Shown: positions 41,484 to 55,190, counted from the first letter of the stretch. The stretch: 64,000 nt of DNA from Octopus vulgaris (GCA_951406725.2 OX597827.1:65968001-66032000); one strand, 5' to 3'. Made by a program: numbers and translations. The notes: generated by a model from the sequence alone, not told the origin.

Positions 41484-42158
41484 ATTTGGCTCAAAAGCAA
41501 ATACCAAGGCCATGTAGGGGGACATGGAGTTAAGTACAGGGTGGTGTTCATGTAAAGAGTTCCGGCCACTTGAGGTCCAGGGAGGCTTTGAACAAAGCGG
41601 TCGTCGGCATCTTCACCATCTCGTCTGGCAGCTTGTTCCACGGATCCGCAACCCGGACGGAGAAAGCTCCTCGCCTTCGATTGAGATGAAATCGTCGCAG
41701 GTAGAGCTTTTCGGAATGACCCCTATATGCTTGAAGTTTGACAAGTAATAGGCGGTGGTTTACCGAGTCAAAAGCTTTGGCAAAGTCCAATAAAACGATG
41801 TCAACAGCATATATATATATATATATGTTTATATATATATATATATGTTTGTGTGTCTGTGTTTGTCCCCACGCCATCGACTGACAAAAGCAAGAAAAAA
41901 TAGCTGTGTACCGGTCACGTTTTACTGACATCGCTCCTTTATTCATGTGAGACATGGACCCTTTTCAAACGTCATGTAAGTGTCTTTGAACGCTTTCATC
42001 CGAGATCCTGGTATGTTTTGCTGTTCGGCAAAATATACCAATAGAATAAGTACTAGAATTACAAAGGATAAGTCTTGGGGTCGGTTTGCTCAACTAAAGG
42101 CGGTGCTCCAGCATGGCCGCAGTCAAATAGCTTCAACAAATGAAAGAATTTAAAGAAT
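41252..42158 (+). mobile_element. SINE family B, headless, interrupted by a CR1 fragment and a second ~125-bp insert
   Basis: tctactatagcctcgg...gcccgtcg(AT)n; right half resumes at ~41845 and again at ~42023. Confidence 0.8.
41452..41808 (-). mobile_element. CR1-clade LINE fragment with large internal deletion and (TAAC)n tail
   Basis: Encodes RT motif VDIVLLDFAKAFDSVNHRLLLVKLQAY fused to the CR1 C-terminus RGHSEKL...FSVRVADPWNKLP...FKASLD. Confidence 0.9.
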
Positions 42159-43137
42159 ACCATCCTTAGCGCATCTTTATATTGATAATGAACTTGCTCA
42201 AAATGGCGGTGAGAATCAACGGGATGAATTATTAATATCCAAACGCAGACATCAAAATTAATTCATTCAATATGTTTGGGTACTTGGAGTATGTGTTAAG
42301 AAATATGACTACCTGATGATAGAAATACAGCTAATTAATACAAATTGTTAAGTAATTCGGCTTCACTGGTACCGAAGTGGTTACCGATTAATGAGTTGTG
42401 TATAATGGATTGGCTTCAGTTTATTACTATCTTACGATTAATCATTCTCGTGACATTATTGATAACGTTACGGGAAACGAACTAATTATTCGGATGCAAT
42501 TTCGAAAATTATGTTAAGTCAATAAGGGAGGAACATCAACGATGAGGTTGAATTGCAATGATCCCACTTAGGTAAATACCTGTTCAAGCGTCAGTTCATC
42601 TTTGTCACTTTCATTCCATTAAACAATTTTGATTTATTACTGAATCCTGTATCTGAGAGCTCTCCTTTAGTATCAATTTCCGTAGTATGTATACAAATTC
42701 AACATAGCATATTTCATGTTTTGGTATTTGGATTTCATAATTCTGCTTGGCTATTTTATTGGATTCTCAGCATAAGATATTTGGTTAAACAGAGTAACTT
42801 TTGCATAGATCACACTCATTTATATTAAATATGAACGATATTTTTGTCAGATAATTCTTACAAATTTAATTTTAATTGTCAACAATAATAATCGTGGTAT
42901 TCGTCGCAATTTTTGGCAACGACTTCTACTTCCTTAAATAATTTATTTCCTATCATGTCTTGATTATCATCAATAGTTCTTTAATTTATTTTGAACTATT
43001 TTGTAGTTCTTTCATTTATTTGACTGCGGTGATTCTAGGGCAGAACATTAAAGGGTTTAGTCGGACAAATCGGTAATGTTTGAAGATTGGTACTTATTCA
43101 ATTCCCTTTTGAAGGATTACTAACTTAAGGGGACATA

Positions 43138-43302
43138 GGCGCAGGAGTGGCTGTGTGGTAAGTAGCTTGCTAACCAACCACATGGCTCCGGGTTCAGTCC
43201 CACTGCGTGGCATCTTGGGCAAGTGTCTTCTGCTATAGCCCCGGGCCGACCAATGTCTTGTGAGTGGATTTGGTAGACGGAAACTGAAAGAAGCCTGTCG
43301 TA

Positions 43303-43365
<63 letters not shown>

Positions 43366-43584
43366 TTGTTTGTGTGTTTGTCCCCCTAGCTTTGCTTGAC
43401 AACCGATGCTGGTGTGTTTACGTCCCCGTCACTTAGCGGTTCGGCAAAAGAGACCGATAGAATAAGTACTGGGCTTACAAAGAATAAGTCCCGGGGTCGA
43501 TTTGCTCGACTAAAGGCGGTGCTCCAGCATGGCCGCAGTCAAATGACTGAAACAAGTAAAAAAAAAAAAGAAAAGAAAAAAAGA
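43138..43584 (+). mobile_element. SINE family B, full length, near consensus
   Basis: ggcgcaggagtggctgtgtggtaag...(AT)n(GT)n...gactgaaacaagtaaaa. Confidence 0.94.
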
Positions 43585-43932
43585 TATACAAACCAACGCC
43601 TGTTCTGATGAGACGGCTGCTGACAAATAGAAAGGCACACGGAGACTCATGTGTGCGTGCATTTCCACATATGGTATGGGTATGTATAAACAAATTTGTA
43701 TCTGTATATTTATGTATATACACATATATAGATGCGTGTGTGTGTGTGAAGGGCTTCTAGAGGTCTTACACCAACGAAATATACCCACAAGTCATTGGTA
43801 ACTTCGCCGTTATTGTAGAATATATTTATTCAAGGTGCCGTGCAGTTACACCGAATACAATAGCATGTGGTAACAAAGTGAGCTTTCTGAAACAGAAAGC
43901 TATGCCTCCGATCAGTAATTCAATAATCGATG

Positions 43933-44716
43933 TTTACGTTCTGATTTCAAATTCCGCCAAGGTCGACTTTGCCTTTCATCCTTTCAGGGTCGATAAATTA
44001 GGTACCAGTTGCATACTGGGGTCATTCTAGTTGACTGGCCCATAACTTTCTAGTTATGGGCCAGTTAACAGTGTAGTCGACAAGCAGAAAAGAATTCAAT
44101 AAGAAATCAATATTAAGGCGGCGAGCTGGTAGAAACGTTAGCACGCCAGGCGATATGCTTATCGGTATTTCGTCTGCCGCTACGTTCTGAGTTCAAATTC
44201 CACCGAGGTCGACTTTGCCTTTCATCTTTCGAGGTCGATTAAATAAGTACCAGTTACGCAATGGGCTCGATATAATCGACTTAATCCGTTTGTCTGTCTT
44301 TGTCCTTTCTGTGTTTAGCCCCTTGTGGGTAGTAAAGAAATAGGTATTTCGTCTGCCGATACGTTCTGAGTTCAAATTCCGCCTAGGTCGACTTTGCCTT
44401 TCAACCTTTCGGGGTCGATTAAATTAGTACTATTTACGCACTGGAGTCGATGTAATGGACTTAATCCGTTTGCCTGTGCTTGTTTGTCGTCTCAGTGTTT
44501 AGCCCGTTGTGGGTAGTAAAGAAATAGGTATTTCGTCTGTCGATACGTTCTCAGTTCAAATTGCGCCGAGGTCGAATTTGCCTTTCATCCTTTCGAATTC
44601 GAAAATTTAAGTACCAGTTGCGCACTGCGTTCGATGTAACCGACTTAATCTCTTTGTCTGTCCTTGTTTGTCCCCTCTACATTTAGCCCCCCCCCCACCG
44701 TGGGCAAAAAGAAATA
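43933..44716 (+). mobile_element. Nested SINE family A insertions: truncated copy plus head-and-trimer copy (44115-44716)
   Basis: Two overlapping TSD pairs: aattcaataatcgatg (43917 and 44724) and agaaaagaattcaataa (44086 and 44717). Confidence 0.88.
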
Positions 44717-45311
44717 AGAAAAGAATTCAATAATCGATGCCAGTTAAATTTGCTGCGATAGAAATTGAACTTAGAATATAACTAAAAGAGACCAAACATT
44801 ACCAATTTGCTCATTGCTCTTCTATTTCAACAATACGCAACCTGACCTTTGTAAGATTAATATATTACAAATTTGTGTAATTGATTGAATTCTAAAATTA
44901 ATAGATAATGCCATATTCATGCTACTGACGGTTTTCACATCACGATCATTTCTTCAAACATATTACATATATTCTCACTATCTCTTCCATTGTCACACTT
45001 AGAGTTTTAACCTCCACATTATCTCCAACCCCACTTCCTCACCGCTACTCTCCTGAACTCCTACTGTACATATCTGAAATTCTCACAAACAAGATCTCAA
45101 TAGATGCTTTTATGTATAATACAATTCAAGTATTATGACATGTTTATTTACGTTACAGTTCTAATTAGATCCTTTAATTTATCATAATGAACATATTGTA
45201 TTCTTGAATATGTCAGGAGCTTCCCTCGTAATTTTCCCTCTTTTCATAATTCTAAATGGTAAATTCAAATCTCTCCCTCTTTCTCTCTCCAGCCGCGTAG
45301 CTCTATCCACG

Positions 45312-45358
<47 letters not shown>

Positions 45359-45360
<2 letters not shown>

Positions 45361-45525
45361 GTGAAGGAGTAGCTGTGTGGTAGGTAGCTTGTTTCCCAAC
45401 CATATGGTTCTGGGCTCAGCTCCTCTGCATGGCACTTTGAGAAAGTGTCTTTTTACTGTAGCAAGTGTCGTCTACCAAAGTCATATGAGTCGATTTGGGC
45501 GGAGGAAACTGAAAGAAGTCTATCG

Positions 45526-45582
<57 letters not shown>

Positions 45583-45756
45583 GTGTCTGCGTTTGTTCCC
45601 CACTATCTGATGACAACCGGTTTGGTGTGTTTACGACCCCGTAACTTAGCGGTTCCGCAAAAAAAAAACATAAAAGTTGTAGGGGATCAATTTGTTCGAC
45701 TAAAGGCGGCACTCTAGCATGGTCGCAGTCAAATGACTGAAACAAATAAAAGAAAG
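45359..45756 (+). mobile_element. SINE family B, diverged
   Basis: Head, internal (AT)n and tail all recognisable. Confidence 0.85.
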
Positions 45757-45797
45757 TATCTATGTATATAATGCTTGCATGGTTTTGCGTATATCTA

Positions 45798-45913
<116 letters not shown>

Positions 45914-46536
45914 CCTACATACATACATACATACATACATACATACATACATACACACACACATGCATACATACATACACACATATATACATAAACGCAA
46001 CATAGTGTGCAGTACCGTCATCCAATTAGAGCGTAGAATATAAATGCTACATATTGTTTTACTGTTTCCCGCCGTTACCGCCTGATTTTTAGACCCAAGT
46101 TTTCTTCAACTGGTCTTAACTACTGAAAGCACTTCGTGCATAATGAAATCCATTAGACAACTTTGTGTACTTAAGAATGATACTTTCCTATATGAAATAT
46201 ACGCAAACACTGACACCCCACACATACACATATACTTATACGTACGTATAATATGTTATTAGATTCTGCTTCACCTCAGGTGATATTGTCTGTAACTAAA
46301 TCATGGTAACTATAGACATCCCCACCTGTGATATAAATATACAATGTCTCTCGGTCTACAGTAACCAATGTTGTGATTCTTTTCTTGAAAGAGTAATGAA
46401 TAATTAAAAGAAGATATCGTATATGTCACTAACTGGAAGAGAGTTACACAGAGGTTCTAAAATGATGTAATTCAGTCGACTTTGCCTACGTCAGTTATGT
46501 AAATTTACGGTCTAACAAAATAGTAATAAATGTGTG

Positions 46537-46924
46537 TGGAGGTGCAATGGCCCAGTGGTTAGGGCAGTGGACTCGCGGTCATAAGATCGCGGTTTCGATT
46601 CCCAGACCGGGCGTTGTGAGTGTTTATTGAGCGAAAACACCTTAAAGCTCCACGAGGCTCCGGCAGGGGATGGTGGTGATCCCTGCTGTACTCTTTCACC
46701 AAAACTTTCTCTCACTCTTACTTCCTGTTTCTGTTGTACCTGTATTTCAAGAGGCCGGCCTTGTCACTCTCTGTGTCACGCTGAATATCCCCGAGAACTA
46801 CGTTAAGGGTGCACGTGTCTGTGGAGTGCTCTGCCACTTACACGTTAATTTCACGAGCAGGCTGTTCCGTTGATTCGGATCAACCGGAACCCTCATGGTC
46901 GTAACCGACGGAGTGCTTCCATCC
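46537..46924 (+). mobile_element. SINE family C, full length
   Basis: tRNA-like head with A box (tggcccagtgg) and B box (gtttcgattcc); 12-bp TSD aataaatgtgtg. Confidence 0.92.
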
Positions 46925-47157
46925 AATAAATGTGTGGCGGTGCATCAAGACTTGTGCTTTAGCAACCACGGTTTTCGTGTCAGTCCCACTGTGTGCTATC
47001 TTGGGCAAATGCCTCGTTCTCTATCCTCGGACCTACATAATACGTAGAACTGTATTTAAGCAATTAATACTACGTTAAAATATTGACTAGGTGTACTTGG
47101 CTAATATTGCGTCCTGGGTATGACTTCGAAGAGAATTAGGCTTTGGCCCCCCTGGTA

Positions 47158-47365
47158 TACTCTTTTACTCTTTACTCTTTTACTTGTTTCAGTCATTTGA
47201 CTGCGGCCATGCTGGAGCACCGCCTTTAGTCGAGCAACTCGACCCCGGGACTTATTCCTTTGTAAGCCCAGTACTTATTCTATCGGTCTCTTTTGCCGAA
47301 TCGCTAAATGACGGGGACGTAAACACACCAGCATCAGTTGTCAAGCAATGCTAGGGGGACAAACA

Positions 47366-47442
<77 letters not shown>

Positions 47443-47604
47443 GACAGGCTTCTTTCAGTTTCCGTCTACCAAATCCACTCACAAGGCATTGGTCGGCCCG
47501 GGGATATAGCAGAAGACACTTGCCCAAGATGCCACACAGTGGGACTGAGCCTGGAACCATGTGGTTGGTAAACAAGCTACTTACCACACAGCCACTCCTG
47601 CGCC
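47158..47604 (-). mobile_element. SINE family B, full length
   Basis: Reverse complement of the consensus, (tactcttt)3 tail. Confidence 0.93.
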
Positions 47605-47711
47605 TATATGGGTGTATGAATTCGTCTTTTTATCGTTATTATTTCCACGTCAACTATAACTCAAATAATTTGCACCAGTTCAGGAACCAAATGTGGATTA
47701 TTGTTTTTATT

Positions 47712-47870
47712 TATGCGCCATTTTCAAACCTATCCAGGCTCATGAGCCCGGTTTCCGGGTTTCTGTGGTGTATGAGTTCCTCACAGCTGAACGGGACGCC
47801 AATCCATCGCAGCCTTCCTCAAGAAAAAAGCAGAGAGAATGAGAGAAATTTGAGGCGAAAGACTACAACA
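47712..47870 (-). mobile_element. SINE family C/D 3' fragment (V-domain-like)
   Basis: gcgccattttcaaacct...gagcccggtttcccgg-like...acgggacgccaatccatcgcag. Confidence 0.7.
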
Positions 47871-47914
47871 GAAAACAAACAAAATGTTTGCTGATGTTTT
47901 ATAAATACAAGGAA

Positions 47915-48254
47915 TAGTTTTATTCATCAAAGTATGCACCCATAATATCAATACACTTTTGCAATTTCAGCGGAACTTGCTCCTTCAGACCACCATTTGT
48001 TTCATAGTTTACAGAATCATTTGGAGTACATAACCTTCGCAAGCTAAGACGAGGTCGAAACTGACATTTCATAGTTCTTCGATTTGAACCCAAAAGCGTT
48101 TTAAATTGATGGGATTAAAAAGCTTGTAAATAGATGGAAGTAAGTGATAAATAATAAAGGAAAGTACCTTGATGATTAAATTTCAATTAAATACAACATT
48201 TGATCACTACTTTTCTTCATTCAAAATTCAGACAGATCTTATGGGATGACCTGA
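47915..48254 (+). pseudogene. Mariner transposase C-terminal remnant plus right TIR
   Basis: 47967-48179 translates to SAELAPSDHHLFHSLQNHL...IDGIKKLVNRWK*VINNKGKYLDD* (YSPDLAPSDY motif); ends ttatgggatgacctga|ta; an inverted mariner C-terminal scrap lies at 47915-47962. Confidence 0.85.
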
Positions 48255-48418
48255 TATATAGAAGATAAGAAATGAATAAAATGAGAAATGAATAAAAATG
48301 AGACGTGGATCATTGGTGTTATAAAGTCATTGAATTTAATTAAACAATGACTTTATTATACCAATGATCCACTCCTCATTGTTAATTTTGGCTGCATTTC
48401 TTACCGTCTCTCTATATA
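48255..48418. repeat. TA-flanked palindromic element with a ~36-bp core stem
   Basis: gtggatcattggtgttataaagtcattg / caatgactttattataccaatgatccac. Confidence 0.85.
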
Positions 48419-48931
48419 TTAAACTGCGGTTTTACCTTTAAATTACCTACTACTGTATACCTAATAACGAGGATAATACATACGGAGGTAATACGTCAGT
48501 TGTTCCTACGGATACATCTATCACTTAAATGATTGAATAACCTCCAAATTATATATCTTATTCTTGGGATCTCTTTCTTCGACGAAAACCCTCGAACACT
48601 GTGTTTCAGCACAGCGACAGTCAAATGACTAAAACAAGTAAAAGATACTGAACTCCATATCTGAAATTTTGAGCAGTTGTAAGAATACAGATAAGTTCCT
48701 GTTGAGGAATTGAATTTTGCCACCCTGTCTGTTTGAACAACTACTAAAGACTCTGAACCACTTTTAAGTTTTATCATTTACCAACCACTTGTTCTTCTAT
48801 CAAATTCTTGTTTCGTTTTCCTGTTTGTCAATCTTCCACATTTTATATCTACTTCGCTGTCACCTTTACTCACTTTTTTCTTCCCATCGGTCCATTATTA
48901 GTTCGTAATGCTATGAGCAGTGTATGGATAC

Positions 48932-49019
<88 letters not shown>

Positions 49020-49020
49020 G

Positions 49021-49053
<33 letters not shown>

Positions 49054-49628
49054 ATTATGCATGTATTTTTAGGTGTGTGCGTGTTTGTATTGTACACAAT
49101 TTCTAGTATTGTACATCTACATATATACATAACTAGAACATTATTGAAATGAAGAAAATTAAAGATTGAAGCCATGGAAGCAGCTACAGCATGTGAGATT
49201 GAGCTAAATGTAGCCAAGAGAAGAACTACAAACGATGAGAAAACTATATATATATATATAAGTGTGTGCGTATACTGTAGTTTTACGCATTTATTCAAGT
49301 AACATTGTGCTCAAGGAGACACATTGAGACTAAATTAGCGAGAGAAAGTAATAAAACAACGAATATATCAACTCTAGTAATATTATATTAAATATTACAT
49401 ATTATTGTTTTTAACACTTATTCGTTTGTTCAGTTTGAAGTGGAATGAAATGTCGGCTAGAAATCGTAAATAACTCCAACAGATAAATCCAATCGCGATA
49501 GAGTAAACACGTATGTGCACGTTCGTGCGTGTGTTCCTACTAATATATGAGTATATAAGTAAATAGGTGCATACATGTATATAAGGTCGTATATGTATAG
49601 GTGTATATATATATATATATTTGTATTT

Positions 49629-49670
<42 letters not shown>

Positions 49671-49835
49671 GGGAAAGTAAGAAGACAATCAGATCTAATT
49701 GTATATATCTATCGTTACATTTCATAGAATGCCTTTACTTTTTTTGATTTCCAAAGTGAATTTTCACTTATTTTCCTTCTTACTTGCACCATATATTTCC
49801 ATGTGTAGTTTCTATTTTCAATTCGTAACGTATTT

Positions 49836-49894
<59 letters not shown>

Positions 49895-49925
49895 ATCAAA
49901 TTAAGCAACAGGATATCCAGAGGTG

Positions 49926-50130
49926 ATGCAGTACGATCGTTTCAAGCGACTCCATTTAATCGAACATTGCAATCAATACATCAATTTAACTTACAAAGCT
50001 ATCATTGTCTTTATGCATAACTAAATATATAAATAAAATTAATTTAATTAGTCGGACACATTTGTATAATTTTTCCTAAATCCTCTGAGAGGATAAGAAG
50101 ACAAAGCCCATTGTGCTTTCACTTCAGCTG

Positions 50131-50132
<2 letters not shown>
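49926..50132 (-). ncRNA. Hammerhead-like motif with ~177-nt helix II insertion (family H2)
   Basis: Minus strand atcag-CTGAAGT...GAAAC-gatc-GTA-ctgcat; homologous to 61030-61118. Confidence 0.45.
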
Positions 50133-50161
<29 letters not shown>

Positions 50162-51489
50162 CACTCACCCCCCACACCCTTAGACACTCTCGCACCTTTC
50201 TGATTTTATTTATTCATATGCATAAGGGGACAAAAATATTCTTTTATAATACATATCTGAATTAAACTCTCTAGCAAATTAAAAAATATGCCTTATAATA
50301 GTCATAAATAAATTTCTCTACGCGTGATTGTAGTGTGTATACCATGATGATAGTGTCATATGTATGTATATATATATATATATATGTGTGTGTATGTGTG
50401 TGTGTGTGTACTTGTGCCTATTTACGTCTAATTATGTGTCTGTTCGTGCGTAAATATTTATCAGCTGATGCGACCATTCAACTACAGATATGTACACACG
50501 CAGACACAAACTCACACACACATATATATGTACATATGCAAATACACACATACGTGCACACACACACATCAATACACACATGCGAAAGGATTCATACAAC
50601 TTTATATATATACGTAATACTACAAAAAAATATCAAATCAAATCAAATAACATTTCATTCAGCCGAATGGAGGCAGGCATGCGGTTACACAATTTTGGTG
50701 ATTATGGCTCTCTATATTTATATAGTATCGGCACGCAAACAATCACATTCTTCTGAATCATAGCACTATAATCAACTCTTCAACGGAATATTACTTTAAT
50801 ATTACAGAGTCACCCACGTCTAGTTTATTTATCGGAGTCTGTTCTCTACTGTTTTGAATGTATTGTCCTACTTAAACGCTATCGTCACACTTTCTGAATC
50901 GATCAGGCCAACGCTGTTTATTACTCTCCAGTATGCCATTAGTTTTCTGGGTTGGATTTTATATTCCATGCTACTCTTTTATTAACCTGTTAATCACCAT
51001 CATTTCGTTAAACTGGATTTCATTTTATGTACTAAACTTCAGGAAATTATTTTTGTAACTATCTGTATATTTATATATATATTTATTATTTTCTATAGGT
51101 TTTGTGCGTTGCTCCATTTTATATACTTTCAAAAGAAATAGATCGTTACAAAAGGCGATGCTTGGTATATATTGTTGTGGATGCTGTGTTGTATTGCTGG
51201 TTCCCTTGTCAAATATTGTCAACAATATTTAATTTTGCATAACACCTCAATATACACCATGACTTCCAGATCAATATATAATTTGATTCTAGGAAAATAG
51301 ACTTATTTCAGTTCTTTTAATTGGTTTTTATTAAATTTGTTTGATTAAATTTGTTTGTTAAGATTAAATTTGTACAAAATTAATTATATAGCCAACTGTA
51401 TACTCATATAAATTTATGACCCCATTTATGGGAGCCTTAACATTATCTCCAAAACATGCTTATACACATAACAGAAACAACATCTATAA

Positions 51490-51910
51490 CAATGTTATAC
51501 GTAGGATGACGTTTGAAAGGAAATACACTGTTGGCAATATATATTTAGTGAATGGCTCACGAACAAAAAATAGACAGGGAAAACAAACACGATAAAGCAT
51601 TGTACTGTGAAAGGGATGTAAATGATGTCTCAGACTGATGTCCTTTGTTAAGTTAGAAGACAATGAGGAAAAGGAAACGTATAGTTTACGGGAGGAAAAG
51701 GTGGAGAAGTTTTTATCAAGAATGAGCCACTCTATGAAGAGAATGGACAGGAAATAAGCAAACACGATGGTCCTAAACTGGACAATGATTACCCACAAAT
51801 TGAAGCATCGTACTTGATGTGGCTTTAAAATGTAAAGAGATTGTAATATGTGTGTTAGTCCGAACTCTGTGAAGAGTGGGAGATAAATTTGTCGGAAAAT
51901 CTGTAGACTA
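51490..51910 (-). mobile_element. Highly degraded LINE (Jockey/CR1-like) 3' region
   Basis: Weak residual motifs (HPF..., LPT.VFP.NV) resembling a LINE ORF2 C-terminus. Confidence 0.35.
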
Positions 51911-52152
51911 AAATGTGCGCATGAACATTGTGCATGCGAATATATATTAAGACGTTTCGATATGTCAATATTCGTAATGAATTTTGAGTATATCAGCATA
52001 AGCGTGAGAGGTTGTATTCTTGGTTTGTGTTAATCGTAGTATGCATAGTTACATAGGCATTGAGGAGAGTAAATGTTTTTAGTGTATTCAAAGAATTGGG
52101 TGTGATCAAGCTGAAGATAGTCAAGCAGATGATATGTATATGTATATATAAG

Positions 52153-52259
<107 letters not shown>

Positions 52260-52845
52260 GTGTATACATGTATATGTTTATATTATAAATGAAATAGCGT
52301 GTGCGAGGATGAAACTGAATGTAGTGTACCTCTTTATAAAAGAACACAAAATTGAGTCTAACACTGAAAAAATACAGGTAATTTGCTACCTTTGTAGAGT
52401 GAAGCTAAAATTAATATATGTATTTAAAAGTATGTTCTTTATATATCTTATTGCCAAACTACATTGTTACTGCCTAGAGAATTTCTAATTAAATAATCTA
52501 TCCTAATTTGCATCGCGCACAATATTTAGCTAATTAGCAACAGTTTGAACCTTTGTGAGCTTGCATTTACTAAACATCACTGTAAGCTTAATGGCTCACT
52601 AGGGACAAGAGACAGACTATTTGCTGACAAAGCCATCAGTTTTCTGTCATCATAGATATAAGAAAAGAAACTGTAGAGAATTTTTTTATCAGTTTTAATA
52701 ACGATGTTAGTTTTTTGAGTTTTATTGCATTTAATGAAAATGGATAGAATTCAAATTCTATGTATGTATATATGTATATATCTATCTATTTATCTATCTC
52801 TCTATCTAGGTATCTAAAACCCTATCTATCTTCTCTTGTTATATA

Positions 52846-52885
<40 letters not shown>

Positions 52886-53037
52886 GGTTATAAATATATA
52901 TATGCATAAATATATACGTATATACATACGTACACGTCTATAATACCCACATACACACATATATATATATGCATGCAGACATCTATCTACATATCTATAT
53001 CTACATCTCTCTATCTCTCTATCTCTCTATCTCTCTA

Positions 53038-53097
<60 letters not shown>

Positions 53098-53119
53098 TGT
53101 ATATCTATATATGTATATA

Positions 53120-53166
<47 letters not shown>

Positions 53167-53384
53167 TTATATATAAATATATATAAATATATATATATTT
53201 AGAGAAACACCTGCATACATATATAGGTGTTTATATAATTGTGTATAGATATGTGTATGTATCTACGTATGCATATATATAAACATATATTTATTTATTT
53301 ATCTATAACTATCTATCTATATATATAACGAGAGAAGATAGGTAGATAAATAGATATACACATCTGTATATACATATATCTATA

Positions 53385-54727
53385 TCTATATAATTCAAAA
53401 TGTGTGTGTGTGTGTGTGTGTATGTGTGTATGTGTTTGCTTTTTATGCGTTTCTACAGTTCTCATCCAATTTTGATGAAATTCTTATTTTTACATGTTAA
53501 ATTTACCCAGGCAGGTCACTGCCGCGTGACCGATCCCTCCAGATACGCACTTCGGGGAGAAAAATCGGTAAAACTGAAGGCAAAAGTTGCATTCGAGAAA
53601 TGTTTTTACAGGAACGTCTGATTTTTATAATTTTGATATTAAAGAACCGTCATGTTGCAACATTTCAGACAAATATTTTGGCACTGCCATCGGGTCTCTG
53701 ATTCCCAAGAAAATTGTGAAAAAGTTTGAAAATATTGATTTTTCGTATTTTTGCAATGTTACACGTTAGGAAACATTTTACTAGAAAATCCGATTTCGTT
53801 GGTTTTTACGACTCAGAAACTACCATGTAATCGCCGTTCTATAAAGCATCTGTTCTCTATCCAAAAGCATCCCAGTGCGACAAAAAAAAAACGCGAAAAT
53901 CTGTGAAAAAGTTGATTTTATACACCCTTTTCCCCTTTAAATCTTGAAATACTTCTAACGAATTCGGTGGATTGCGTTTAAACTTTACGCACTATTTACC
54001 CATCCTAAGGATAACGTTTGGAGACTCAGATTTGCACAGAATTCATCCGCACATGTCGAAACAATCTCGAAATTCTAAGTAGAAAACCGACTTTTTTCCC
54101 CTTAAATCGCCTATTTTACACTGAATTCGTCCAAATATTACATGAACACTACAGATGACTCAACAATGGTTTAAAACTATTTTTAGTTAATACTCTTTGT
54201 TTAACTTGCGACAGATCTATGAAATATTCTGAAACTTCACCTCTTCGCATTTTTGCAGAGTTACACCCAATAAAGCTGATTCAAGGAACGCCCGATTTTT
54301 TTGTTTCGCTCTTTGTTGCAAGAGAAACGCTATGTTGCGTCATTTCTGGAAAGTATCTTCTCCTTGTTCCTGTGCGTCTGGGTCCTACTGAAAACTGCAA
54401 AACATAGCCACTCCTACCCCTCTAACAGCTTCACCTTTTTGGAGACGGCTATGTGTCGTTCAAACTTCCAATCTCACTCCTTTGCGTGCGAAAATAACTA
54501 ATGGCTCTTAGTTCGCACCGCTTACACCAAATCCCCCATAATTAGACAATATCCTTTCACCACCAATGTAATCAGATAAAATGCCTGTGATGGCAAGGCA
54601 TTGTGCAATTTGTTAACATTTTCCTACACCTCCGAGACCCACCTCCGGCGTTTGGTTGTTCAACTAATGAATGCTACTTGGGAAAAATCACTTTTTCCTC
54701 AATGACAATGCTGGCAACTTAACGCTA

Positions 54728-54728
<1 letters not shown>
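53385..54728 (+). mobile_element. Non-autonomous Helitron-like element with 5' (GT)n microsatellite
   Basis: A|TCtatataattcaaaa-(GT)n start and ...gctggcaacttaacgCTAG|T end; 3' end repeated inverted at 55867-56023. Confidence 0.6.
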
Positions 54729-54785
<57 letters not shown>

Positions 54786-54786
54786 T

Positions 54787-54982
54787 CGCCATGATAGATT
54801 GCTAGCCACTACGCATTCTTTATTTTCTCTCTTTGTTTCTTTCTGTCTTCCCTACTGTGGAAGAGCGTAAGCTCGAAATGTCAAATACATTTGTAATTTT
54901 TATTTCCCGAGAGTTATACAAAAATATCTATTTGTTGTCTACACCACATGTCTTCGTCTTTTTGGGGGAGTGGGGAACTCTC
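54787..54982 (+). mobile_element. Family H1 copy with hammerhead-like motif at 54855-54882
   Basis: ctgtgga-a-gagc-gtaa-gctc-gaaat-gtc. Confidence 0.72.
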
Positions 54983-55145
54983 CAACCAATCAGCTTAAGT
55001 AATTGAGTGTAACTACACACTGATTGGTCAGAATACAGTTTGCAAAACCTAGCAATCTGGAGCCTACATAGCTGTATTTAAAGTACAGATTCAATCATCT
55101 CGCTACAGTCAAAAATTGTGAAGCATGACTGTCACCACTACTACA

Positions 55146-55190
55146 TGAACCTGAAGATTGCAGAATTTAATGCATGAACGTACTAGTTCA
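55146..55190 (+). ncRNA. Hammerhead-like motif (A15.1C) in a Penelope-pLTR-like context
   Basis: tgaac-CTGAAGA-tTGCAgaatttaaTGCAt-GAAc-gtac-TA-gttca; upstream ccaatcag (54987) and tatttaaa (55075). Confidence 0.5.

Noticed and set aside
43607-43630. CTGATGAG hammerhead core
   Set aside because: No downstream GAAA, helix III or helix I pairing.
46537-46610. tRNA gene
   Set aside because: The tRNA-like A/B boxes are the head of a TSD-flanked SINE; no convincing cloverleaf.
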